Below are positions 12,965 through 24,779 of a DNA stretch of 64,000 bases, in pieces. A model generated the notes under the pieces. The model saw only the letters and a program-made list of their open reading frames with translations, ran no database searches and was not told where the DNA came from. Numbering within the stretch: the stretch's first letter is position 1; each line of letters opens with the position of its first letter. A program made the translations under genes and the position numbers. Source of the DNA: Dicyema japonicum (taxonomy: Eukaryota; Animalia; Dicyemida); contig RDEW01000004.1 of assembly GCA_011109175.1 (NCBI GenBank), positions 1,477,067 to 1,541,066 of the forward strand. Direction: 5' to 3'.

Positions 12965-13036
12965 TTCCCCGTCCGGGAATCGAACCCGGGCCGTCAATGT
13001 GAGAGACTGACATCCTAACCACTGGACCAACGAGGA
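12965..13036 (-). tRNA. tRNA-Glu (anticodon CTC)
   Basis: 72-nt cloverleaf TCCTCGT-TGGTCCAGTGGTTAGGA-TCAGT-CT-CTC-AC-ATTGA-CGGC-CCGGG-TTCGATT-CCCGG-ACGGGGA-A, followed by a T-run Pol III terminator. Confidence 0.95.
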
Positions 13037-13479
13037 CTAAACAATATGATTATGATAATACTCGAATATATATTTATCCTTATTTTTTTTAATTTTTTTT
13101 CGCTGTCTAAAAACTCTTCATAAGTAATACCCATCTCTATGCTAGTTATGCCCCCATGATAATTTATAATCAAACGAAATATCTTGCTTATTTTGCTCTA
13201 ATTAACTGAAGTTTGATTAAATGTATTTTCCTTTATTATTATTTTGCATTTTCCACGAAAATTACATTAATGAGTCAGCAACTTTCTGAATGAGCTAGAC
13301 TTTACTTGCTCACCAAAGTTGATAGATATACCACAAAACCTCATTATGCTTTTACACGTAGTTTTTTTAATTTTTTGTTGCCTCGGTCTTTCGTTCTGGA
13401 AGATCATATGCATACTGTTTCTTTATACTAAATTCTGAATCAGGAAGGTCGTTGATACCAACACAACTGAAATTATTAT

Positions 13480-13850
13480 GCTTAGATATATCCATGCTTT
13501 CGACAGTGTCTGGCATGAAGCTCTCCCCCTGCTAGTGTGGCAGATATCCCTAAGTTTTTATTTACTGGATAAGGAATTTCTTTACCAGAAGGGAATCTTT
13601 TGTCAATATGACCGATTGTATGTCTAATGCGATTTCGTTCAACAGGGATGTTCCTCAATGTTCGGCGTTGAGTCATTTTTATTCAACATATTCATGAAGA
13701 GTGTCCCCCAGTTCTGTAGTATTAATTATAGAATGTTTATTTATGCAGATTTTATCATCACGGACAAGTCTAAAAAGTCAGTTCTTTCAAAAAGAAGGAT
13801 GAAAGACATCGTGGACAATATTGAAGAGTGGTGTTAAAACTGTCGGTAGA
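13480..13850 (+). mobile_element. I/Jockey-type RT fragment
   Basis: DISHAFDSVWHEAL, a degenerate GVPQGS.LSP.LFNI and YAD. Confidence 0.6.
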
Positions 13851-14039
13851 TAAATCAAACGCACTAAATTTTGGGTCCAACCTCAGGACGTGTCCAAAAA
13901 GTCTCTAACGAGAGCTAATGATCTCGTGACGTAATGATGTACCGTCAAACTTATTGTACAGTCCTTTCCGCGAGATCTTGGATGGCCTGGACATTCCAGT
14001 TATGTCTCTTAGATGATTCCTGTGAAACGAGTCTAGCCT

Positions 14040-14560
14040 CTCCAATTCCTCTTTTAAGTTGGCCCAGGTTCCAGAGTTGTATAGAGGTTTGGTTTGATAA
14101 AGGTGTCGTATAACATTATCCTTTGTTTTATGTTATTCCCTTTCCGTTTTAGCCATAGGTTTTTCAGCCTGTGTAATGCCGCGTTTGTCATGGTTTTTCT
14201 CCTTTGATATCTTCACTATCTCCTAATAGGGAGCAAAGTTTCTTTGTGTCTCCATTTCTCTTTGAGTGAGTTATTCATTCGTCTTATTTCTGTCCGTTCT
14301 GTTTATTCCCTGTTCACTGTGAGAAACCATTTCCTAAGTATATCTGGTGCTTTTTTAGTACATGTTCCAGAAGTTCTTTGTCTTCAGAGATTAGGTCGAT
14401 ATCATCAGCATAAATCACTTCTATTTTTCCTTGGTATAATGGTCTCAGTTCCCTCATAGCGGCCTCCAAATATATAGTAGCGGAAAGAAGGAGTCTCGTT
14501 GAAGAGTGCCTATGTTTGTTTTAAATTTTCTTGAGTAGGTTTTTCCAACTCTCACAAGGA
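14040..14560 (-). mobile_element. RTE-like LINE relic
   Basis: TIYLEAAMRELRP..IEVIYADDIDLIS..KWFLTVN and LKNLWLKRKG..RIMLY. Confidence 0.75.
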
Positions 14561-17045
14561 GCTCTGTGTTAGATAGAAGGATTTTGATCATTCTCTGTTA
14601 TTATTATTATTAAAGCACTTTCACGAAAGCCATAATGATTATAGCCCCGCATGTGCAACACTCAAAGAAACAATATTTATAGTTAGTCTTTTCCATCTTC
14701 CTCTGTCGAATGCGAGTGATCTCAATTCGTCCAGGTCGTCTCCCGTCTTTAAATTTTTTCTCACACGATTTAAGTCTTTGTTTAGGGCTGTCGGAAGTGT
14801 CGATCTAGGTCGTCCGCGGAAGGGTTTTTCGCATCTGTCAAAGTAATCTTCCATCGCTTTGTTAGCGGGTGCGTCCGGGTTCATTCTTAGTACATGCCCA
14901 AATAGCCTCCACCGGGCATCTATCACATCCTTGCTGATGTAAGAACACATACACTTGTTGTAGATACCAGTGGTTGATATTCTACGTGGCCACTCCATTC
15001 CGAGTAAGCTTCTTAGTTGCCTTCTATGGAACGAATCCAGTTTCAATAGTTCGTTGAAGGAACTTCCCCATGTCCCAGCGTTATACAGTAGGATCGGTTT
15101 CACAAACGCGTTGTAAAGCCTGCATCTGATGTCAATTCCAAGTCCTTTGGCCCTTAGCCATCCTTTCTTCAGTTTAGCCATTGCCGCATTTGCCAGTGTT
15201 TTCCTCCTCAGTACATCTTCAGCGTCTCCTAGTAGAGAGCCGAGCTTATTAGTACGTCTCCATCTTTCTTGATTAATATGTCACATTTTTTGTGGTTAAT
15301 ATGTCACATGGGCCAAGCGTTACCTATGGGCAGCCTGTTACATTAACCTTGAACCAAGATTAACTTCAATTAATTTTATAAATATTTATTTACCACAAAA
15401 AATTAATTTTAAGTAACTTTTTTTAGTCTACTCATTAATACAGTCGATATTTCTCCTTTCGAATTTTTTATCTATCAAATTAAACTATTTAAAACTACCT
15501 TCACGCGATTATTCGATAAAATATTAATTATTTCTGCAACTGGATAATACTGAGACTCAAACTTATCCAGTCGCAACGAGGGATTTGTTCCAAAATCCTT
15601 TTTAGCCGAACCTATCTATTAATGTTTTTAATTCATACTTTATCTTCCATGTTAAAAATATATTTACTATTATGAACATTCATTTTCCTTTTCATAGCTT
15701 TGTAATAATTCGAATTTTCTTCAATCGATTTAATTTCGAAATTGAATCTCTTCGTATTCGGACAAAATTATCTGACTGGGAATTATCTAGATATAAATTT
15801 TTTAAATCAAACTACGTGAATTTTCAATAGATTCTGGAGTCGAACAATTAACCAAATCGTCAATTTGTTCTGGAATCGCACACTCATCACTTAAATTATC
15901 TAAGTCATAATGATATAAGTATAACCATTAATTATTGAATTTATTCCCTTAATTCCTCGATATCTTTCGAAAGGACTTTCGTTAGAAAATGAATGGACCG
16001 ATATGTTGTAACTGTAGACAGCACTTTCTAATTTATCAAGCCACTTTTTTTCACTGTTATCCAGCATTTTTGACAACTTCCTCGTGATCGTCTGATTAAA
16101 TCTTTCGACAATTCCTTGTGCTCGTGATTGTTAGGCCTTCCGTGAATTTGCTTAATGTTAAAATCTTCGCAAAGTTTTGTTATTTCTTGATTTTTAAATT
16201 CAGAACCATTGTCCGACTGAAGAAATTTACATGGCCCATTCAGGCGGAACAAAGATCTTAAGTTTTCACATACTTCTTTACCAGACTTATTATAGAGTGG
16301 TCGTACAAAAGCGAATCTATAAATTAAAAAAAAACCAGCCTACTATATATGTCAATGACCGTTAAAATCCATTTGAAATTTTCATTTAATGTTGAAAATT
16401 TTTTCAGGTCTATTAGATCTACTGAAAACGTTCATTTGGAGAAGAAAAACATGGTGATTTATATCTCCAATCTACAATTATAAAAAATCACGAACTTTTA
16501 AAGGACGCGAAAATTTGCAGACTTCACAATTTCGAATGACTTTTCTGATAATCTCATTCTTTACAGTGAAGTATCTTTGTCGACATTCATACTCAATTTT
16601 ATTGACTCCTCCGTGTGAAAACTCGTGCAACGATTTCGCAACATGCTCCATTTCGGTTTCATTATCCAGGGATATGACTAACTTGGGATCAGTTGATTTA
16701 AGATACAGTCTAAAATTATTGCAAATTTACAATACCTGTCATAGATAATAGTTTTTCTCTATCTTCTTTACAAACCTATATTTTTGGTGCCTCGGAAGAT
16801 TTTCGGGAAAATTATCATGCAAAGCATCTTTTAAAGTTTGATATTTAACGCAATTTTTCACAAAACCCTTGTAAGAAGCCATTGCAACAAAATAATTTTC
16901 TATGCTATAAATCACGCTAGAAATCTAGGTTTACCGCTATAAAAAATAAAATCTTTATAATCATAACATTTATTAATAAAAAACTAATTTAACAGGATTA
17001 AATCACGATATAAATCGGATATACAAAATGAAATGTCGAATAATC

Positions 17046-17149
17046 CAATGAGGGACTCATCCTCACTTTTGTCGGTCTGGGATCACTTAGTTAGATGAGA
17101 ACTTTTATTTGTTTCTTTTTGACCAAGTGATCCTGGTGGTAATAATAAT
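17046..17149 (+). mobile_element. Short retroposed LINE 3'-end fragment, same family as 1791-1889
   Basis: TSD aatgtcgaataatc (17032-17045) / aatgtcggataatc (17150-17163) and a (TAA)n tail. Confidence 0.75.
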
Positions 17150-17241
17150 AATGTCGGATAATCAAAAGACCTTTTCAAGGTCAAAAAAATGTAACAGGCT
17201 GCCCATGTGTTACGCGCCGCCCATGTGACATAATAAATCAT

Positions 17242-17346
17242 TTATAAAATTAATTGAAGTTAATCTTGGTTCAAGGTTATAAAATTAATTGAAGTTAATC
17301 TTGGTTCAAGGTTATAAAATTAATTGAAGTTAATCTTGGTTCAAGG
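17242..17346. repeat. Three perfect tandem copies of a 35-bp unit within the right Ginger TIR
   Basis: ttataaaattaattgaagttaatcttggttcaagg x3; only one inverted copy in the left TIR. Confidence 0.95.
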
Positions 17347-19916
17347 TTAATGTACAGGCTGCCCATAGGTAACGCTTGGCCCATGTGACATAATATCGTC
17401 TTCTCTTTTGATTTCCGTAATTTCAGTTTTGTTAACATTTACGCTGAGAAACCATTTCTCACGCAGGTGCATTTTCTAGCAGGTGTTGGAGTGCGGTCAC
17501 ATCCCGTGATACAAAATCCACATCATCCGCATAAGATGTCTCTTCTATGTCTCCTATATAGCATTTACGGAGGTCGCGGAGTGCAGATTCAAGGTATATG
17601 GTGAATAGTAAAGGGGAGAGGGAATCACCCTGGGTGTCCCAATCGTTGTTTTGAAACTGCGGGAAGTTGCTCCTTCTGTCCTCACAGATAGTCTTGTGTT
17701 CGCAAGTAGTAGTCTGATTATCCTAACCGACGATTCATCCAATATTTGCTCAAGCACATTCATCAGTTTCTGTCTGTTTATTGAGTCGAAAGCTCTGGAG
17801 AGATCTATTCCCAACACGGTCGTTGCGCTCTTGAATCTTTGGTGCGTTGCGCAGCGCCATCTGTGGCTCCATACAATGTCTGCCGTAGACCTCCCTTCTC
17901 GGAACCCACTTTGACTTGCTGGTAGGTATAGATCCGCCACACCCTTTATCCGGCTTAGTGCAATGTTTGCCAGCACCTTGCGTATCGAATTCAGAAGTAT
18001 TATCGGGCGGAGATTTTCTACTGGTCCTTTTGATTTGTTCGGTTTTTGTATGGGTATTAATAATCCATTTCCAAGTCCTAGATCGGTATTAGTTTCAAAG
18101 ACGTCATTTAGGGTTTTTGCAATTGTGTCGCTAAGTTTTTTTGGCCCATATTTTAGGAGCTCAGGGCTTATGTTGTCCGGCCCAGCACTCTTGTTGTTCT
18201 TCAGTTTATTTATCGCTAATTCCACCTCTTCCACTGTGATTGGGATTTTTAGCGCCTTTGCTTCTCCTTGGAAAGGGGGAAAGTCATTATTTTCTTTATT
18301 CAACAGTGTTTCGAAGTGTCGTGCAATCAATTCTGCTTTTTCTTTCGGGTTACCCACGAATTTTCCATCTTTGTCTTTGATGTGAAGGATGTTTTGTCCT
18401 TTCTTTGTCCGCAGCAGCCGCAAAGCCGCATACATCCTTGAATTGTCTTTTAGCATTCCACATCTTTTAATAGGGATGTAATAATTTCCCGTGAATGTTT
18501 TCTGTTCATCTTTTTGATTTTCCACTTTAGTTCCCTTTGTTGGATATTAAGCTCTTTTTTTTACTCTCGTCTGACGTGTTTGCCGTTTTTAGCCGTAGCT
18601 CTCCGCAATACTTTGCCATATCTGGCACGTTTGGGTGGTGATCCAATTTTAGGACGTAATGATTTCGGACTCCAAGGCATATTTGGCTGAGTTAGAGATT
18701 ACCTGCTTTGTTTGATCCCACAGAGTTCGTACTGATGATTCCGGTGCGGTTTTCTCCATAAGAGTCTCGATTTGTTCGTGATATTTAGCTCTACAAGTGG
18801 GCTCTAACTACAATTTTTCTGTCTGAAAGTATATATTGGGCCTTTGTTTTGCCTTCTTCGCGTTTTCAATGATTTCTTCCCAGTCAGGTGTTTTTTACAC
18901 AAAATTTTGCGATGACGATCCTGTGGTCTCTGTCAGTTGTTGTCCCCTGGTAAGAACGTGCATCATTTAGCAGGTTTTTATCAGACTTTCGGCAGATTAT
19001 GTAGTCGATTTGATTATATATTCACGGTTTCACCGACAGAGTTTTTTCTTTGTCCGTGCCACGTCGTCTTGTGGCAAGCTGAGTGCGTGAAGGCCGTGTT
19101 GCACAGGAAAAGGCTATTTGCCTCGCAGAAGTTCACCAGAGAGGCTCCAGATGCATTTCTCCTTCCGCGCCCGTGTCTTCCAATAGAGGATTCTTCGGGC
19201 CCCATTCGCATTCCGGCCTTTGCATTCATATCTCCCGCAACAAAGACAAGGGACGAGGAAGCATTATTAGAGTATGTGCTTGATAGTTCTGAGTAGAATT
19301 CTTCGAGCTCACCTGGGTTCTTGATTACTCGTCCACAGTGTGGTGCATAGACATTTATGACAGTTAATAGACTCTTGGACGGGCATAGTTCATTTAGTTT
19401 GACTTGTAGGACACATATTCGGTCGTTGACTCTCCAATAGCGATGTAATTTTTTGAGGTAATCCACGTGTAGGGCAAATCCCATGCCGTAGTGCTTGCAT
19501 TCAGTTGGGAAGAGAATCAGTCGGTAGTTGTTCCATGTCTCATCGCGTCCATTTTCGATTTTCGTCTCTTGTAGGCAGCCAATAGATATTTTGTATTTCT
19601 CGAGATCGTCACAAAGTACTTTCCTTGTCCAATCTTTCGATATTCCACGTACGTTGAACGTCATTAGCCTGAGTTCTCGATTGTATGATGAGTGTTTTTC
19701 AGACATTTTTCTTAACCGTTGTACAGAGAAGAAACGAGGCACGTCACCATCATTCTCTGTGTTAGAAATAATTAATTGTTTATACCAAACATATTAAATT
19801 TATCATATTTATTTAATCCTAGAATTTATTATATAATTAAATTTATTAATATAACTTTAAAAATTCTTAATTTTTAAATTTAAATTACAACTTCCTCATT
19901 GTTGTGAATATTCGAT

Positions 19917-22900
19917 ATGAGTCAGTATGATTCTCAAAACAACAAGAATATTTCGCTTTTTGATTTAATTAGAACCAATGTAGATAAAGACAAACAGTCG
20001 AAATTAGAAGATAATGGAAAAACGACGGAATCTTTTCCAGTCCCTTGTATTGTTAAAACTTTTACTTTAGGTTTTGGACTATTTGGCCAAAATGCTGAAA
20101 ATATGGATGATGAATGTGAAGAACAACAAGTTGAAGAGTTTGATGACCACAATTCGACATTTGAGAACTACGAAGACTATGATGAAGTACAAGATGAAAC
20201 CTTCCAAGAAGAAATCACTCCTATTATAAGTTTAAAGTCTCTTTACTTTTGATCGAAATTTGTTCTCTAAATCTGCCCATTCTATAAGGGATAAAATGAA
20301 AATTCTCGATTACAGAGATTCATTAGTTAGAAAGTTCAATTCAGGTTTGTTCATTCTATTTAATGTCTAGAGACGGTTACTAATGGAACGTGTAATGATA
20401 TGTGCCCTGAAAAAGAACGATATTTGAGAGAATTGCAAGGAATGTTGAGTCCCTTTGAAATGAAGGATGTAAATGTCAGTTTTCATTTAAAATTATAATT
20501 CATGTTAACACAAATATATTTTTTTATTGAATTTTTTTTTTTGTTAGTTACATTTTTTTATATTCATTTTTATACATCGTATTTTTATCATTTATTTATT
20601 TAAAAATTTATTTGTGAATTATTCTTAGAATATGCTTAACATCGAGGCTGATCACTCTAAAATGGTAAAGTCTTACAACAGACCTTCTGCTGATCAGGTA
20701 TTATTTTTAATTAATTTTTAGGACCAACCCTTGTCTCACGAATTACGTCCTTTAAATATTCTAGAGCATACAATGTCATATTTGCTATCTGTAATTGCTC
20801 CACAACTTACTTGTGGAAATGAAAGCGATTGGTATAATTTTATGTGGGATCGTCTGAGAAGTATTCAAAAGGTAGTTGGACCATTAACTGCAGGATATTA
20901 CCCAACAAAATTTTGTCTGCTCTAGGAGCATAGCACTGGTCGAAAAATGTGCTCGTTTTCATTGCTTTGCTATTGGATTTATCGAACCGGACGATGAATC
21001 TGACTTTGACATTGGCCTAAATATTAAAGGATTTGTCAACTGTCTCAAAACTTTGGATGAAATGTACACTGATATTAAAAGGAAACAACAAATTGATCAA
21101 ACAGGCATTTTTTAATTTAAATATCATAGCTATCACTAACGAGGCTGAAATGAGAAGCTATTACATTCTGCTAAATCTTGGAAGTGAGAGCTCTCTGAGG
21201 TTAGTAAATTTAGTCTTTAATTTTTAGTTCAGTTCAATTTTGGCCAGATTACATACTTAATTCCCCAAAAGTTAAATTTGCTATGAAAATTAACTCTGCA
21301 TTCAACTCCAACAATTTTATTAATTTTTTCCGACTTATTTATAGCACGGATAATATTTTCATTTTATGTATCATCAAAGAACATTGCAGACAAGTATTTG
21401 AAAATGCTGTTTTTATTATACGAGAAACATACAGAAAGGCTGCTTCAAATGTAAGGCTGAGATTCTTATTTTAGACACGAGTAGGAGCTGATAAGCTTTG
21501 CTGTTGGTTTGGTATAGACAATCATGAATTTATGCAACGATGTGTGGATCATTTTTATTGAGGACTCTGATGAGTTCTACGATCAGATAAATTCCATCAT
21601 TGATCGATTGTTCCTTGAGTTTATGGAAATTTTCACAAAGAGGTTCCCACAAGACATCGTTTCGGTATTTAAATTGTGTTATTAATACCTCATTAATTAT
21701 TGGCCATTTTAATTTTAGATTTGGCACAAATGTATAATATACAATATTCATTGATAATTTAAATATATATTTTTTGATGAAATCTATTAATTTTAGATAT
21801 TAAATGGCGGGTTTTTACAAATGGTAAAAGTGCGTCAAGTTTATTCTTCGTTTAATAAGGATGGGAATTATGTTGGAGTTATTCCCGGTGAAAGCCCATC
21901 AACACCCTATGTTGGTTCAGAGTCTGACGAAGATGATGAGAAATTAAATTATGCTGTATCATTTAAATCATAACATTTTAGTGCTCTGTCGTTTTTGATA
22001 GTTTGGTTGATGAAAGTATAAAAGAAATTGCAGAGGAGACCATTAAAGAAAATTCGATTATCAACATTTCTACATCTTTAATTGATGATGTTGTTTCGAC
22101 AGAAATTAAGTTTTTTGTTTTTTTCTAAATTTAGATCTTTATTTTCGAAATTGACTGAAGAGAAAGCTCGTGTAAACGCTTTGAAATCTATTGAGGACTC
22201 TAGAATGCAGTATATGCTTGTCAACAGTTTAACTAATTTGGTATTTGAGGAATGCTGGAAGATCGTATTTGATGATGCATGTAAAATAATAGCAAAGTTT
22301 GAGTGATTAATATCTATAGTGTTTTCATTGAAAATAAGAATAAACTTGAAAGTAAAAGATCGGCTTTGAATTTCGTCGTGCAGAACCTAATGAGAGAAAC
22401 TATTGATTCGATGATTTCTTCAATTTGTGGGGAGATTATCTTTAAAGCTGACAAACTTAAACAAGCTGAGAGTTATTTTAAAATTAAAAAGTTGGTATTT
22501 TCACATTTTTTGTTTTATATAATTATTTTCTTTGACATTACCTTTAAATGTTTTTAATATTATATTTTAGTAAAATTCGACTTTTCTCAAAATGGAAACT
22601 TCATTATTTTGTCGTAAATTCAATTAAAAACGAGTCTTCCGATAACAAACGAATGAAATATTCAGACGACTGTATTCGATTTTAAAAATTGATCTTTAGT
22701 AACTATGTCTGAAAATCTCTCAAAAACAAAAATTTGTGACTGTATTGAGGGATCATATTATTTACCGTCGATTGGTAATCAGTATAATCGCTCAGTTTGG
22801 AAATGGATAGATCTTTTAAAATATTTTTCATCCTCAAATGGTTGCTTTGTCATTTTTTTATTTTTAGCTGTTTCCAAAATTATTGTTGGTTTTATGCCTT

Positions 22901-24100
22901 GTGAATTCAACCCCTATGATCAATTGCTTAGAATATGGCTGAAATATTTACTCAGTTATGGACGGCTTTCTTTCACTTCTGAGAATGTACTTTTTTGTTT
23001 AATTCTTAGCCTGAGTTGATTTCTGCTTTGCACATTTTTGATCAAACCAAAGAACTTTATTCAATTGTAAAGACATTTGAGATATTCAGTGATTTTACTC
23101 ATTTGAAAGACGAATTTCAAGATTTCACTTTGTTTCTGGTTTTTATTCCGGAATCCATTTTATTGGTATTTTTTATGTCTATTTCAGGCCACATGGGGGA
23201 AAATTTTTGATTATTTGAAATTACTTTTTAAGGATATTAATACTTCTTTTAAACCGACAGTTGGATTTTTTGTTTCGTTGGATCTCAATTCAGACCTTTT
23301 CAATGATTTTATGGATTCTGTGAAAGTTGATTGTAATACCTCTTTTAAAATGGATGTTTCTTTTGTTAAAATAATGAATGAAACTCCCACATTTAATACG
23401 AATCAAAAAGTTACTGAATTTATTGGCAATTTAATTTCTACTAATACGGATACAAAATTTCCATTGAAAGTGCAAAAATTGTCATCAATAATTTTTAACG
23501 GAATTTCTGCGCCTGTAACTAATGTCATGTCTAACTCTTCTGTATTGATTTTTGTTTTTGATTTTAGTTCCAAGAATGTGTAATGTTCTATAATCAGTGT
23601 GTTGATAAAACTATTGAAATGTGCAGTAATGAACGATTATTTAGTATTCACTGGCCCAGTGAAGATTTTAGGCTTTTTAAATGTCTTACTTCATATAATT
23701 GGGCGGATTATCAGAAAAGATTCGATTTAATGGAGTTTGTCAAATATGCTATGCAATTTCTCAAAATACCCAATGAAGCTGAATATTGCACTGACGATGA
23801 TGAAATAGTCAATCATTTTATTCGTGAAATCGCTGAACAGATCAGGGGTATTTGTAACTTGAATTTGAGGTTTTTATTTTACTAAATTAATAGAAATTTT
23901 GACGAAACGACTGATTTTCATGTTGAGTTATTAAAGCTAAAGCAGCAAAAATTTATAACGAGAGGAGGAAATTGGATTGGAATTTGTTCTTTTTCTTTTT
24001 TTGTTGTATAATAGGAGTTTTTATGAATGTAGTTAATCCGTTTGAGGTTATATTTATTTTTATATCTGTAGACTTGGAAGTCGCTATATTTCAGTGATTT
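19917..24100 (+). CDS. MCM3AP: SAC3/GANP family protein (MCM3AP-like, TREX-2 scaffold), multi-exon
   Basis: Spliced GTCNDMCPEKERYLRE..LSPFE, MVKSYNRPSADQ, ELRPLNILEHTMSYLL..WYNFMWDRLRSIQK, EKCARFH and NEAEMRSYYILLNL. The 3' end is approximate. Confidence 0.8.
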
Positions 24101-24313
24101 TTATATTTTTATATAATTTTTATGTTTATAAATAATAATCTTTCTCTTATTTATTCCTTGTACAGCCTCGGTGGTCTCTTTTTACTGCTTCACGTGCAAG
24201 TATCGGCAATTGTTATTCCATTTGACTGCTTAAACAGAGAAGAGTAAAATAAATATTTTTTTGTAATTCTAAATCTTTAAAAAATAATTATTGTTTGTCT
24301 CTTGTGTTTCGCT

Positions 24314-24640
24314 TTAATAATAATAATAAAGCCTTTTCACGAGAGCCATAGTATTTATAGCTCCGCATAGGCAGGACACACACTTTATTTAAGTAAAGAA
24401 CAGTTAATTTTAACTAATCATAGAACCAAGGAATGATCTTCACTCTTTTTTTTCTTTTTCTTGTGTGAGTGTCCTTTCTAGACAATCCAGTTCCGCAGTG
24501 AGTATTCACTGATGACGGCGTCACTCGTCAAACCCTTTCTGCATCGTAGATGCGTGGAACCTTCCACCAGGTGAACAGCAGCGAGATTCGAACCCGTAGC
24601 CTAAGCCACTTAAGCCCGACACCTAACCACTAAGCCACCC
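24314..24640 (-). mobile_element. tRNA-derived SINE, full length with RTE-like tail
   Basis: Reverse complement matches the 1291 and 61277 copies and ends tatggctctcgtgaaaaggctttattattatt. Confidence 0.9.
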
Positions 24641-24779
24641 AAAATAATCGCTTTTTGTTTGAAAAAGAACTTAATAATTATTATAAATTATATTAAAATT
24701 TATTGGATTTTTTAAATTTATGTTTTGATTTAACATTCATGTGGTGTTCGCTGATTTGATGCCTATTTGATTTTATTTG

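Larger units (their letters stand above)
15279..17390 (-). mobile_element. Ginger2/TDD-like DNA transposon (copy 2) inserted in the RTE
   Basis: ~80-bp TIRs beginning TGTCACATGGG and ending CCCATGTGACA, 5-bp TSD TAATA (15274-15278, 17391-17395). Spliced integrase: HEFSHGG..CEVC (HHCC), VDLIDL..WILTVIDIYSRFAF, LQSDNGSEF, IHGRP..RAQGIVERFNQTI. Confidence 0.9.
14599..19748 (-). mobile_element. Full-length RTE-like LINE (~3.0 kb without the Ginger insert)
   Basis: APE ORF 19014-19742, RT ORF 17554-18525 and C-terminal ORF 14639-15181, ending in a (TAA)n tail. 12-bp TSD atcattctctgt at 14587-14598 and 19749-19760. The frame across the Ginger insertion site is restored (KREDDINQEKWRRTNKLGSLLGD). 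Confidence 0.95.

Noticed and set aside
15535-15585. Hairpin gcaactggataa/ttatccagtcgc as a pre-miRNA
   Set aside because: The stem is only ~12 bp, lies inside a transposon, and has no supporting features.
17242-17346. 3x35-bp repeat as a CRISPR array
   Set aside because: There are no spacers, the DNA is eukaryotic, and the repeat is part of a transposon TIR.
21530-21751. Antisense ORF nested in GANP
   Set aside because: The plus strand gives a plausible GANP exon once one homopolymer base is restored; the minus ORF has no motif.
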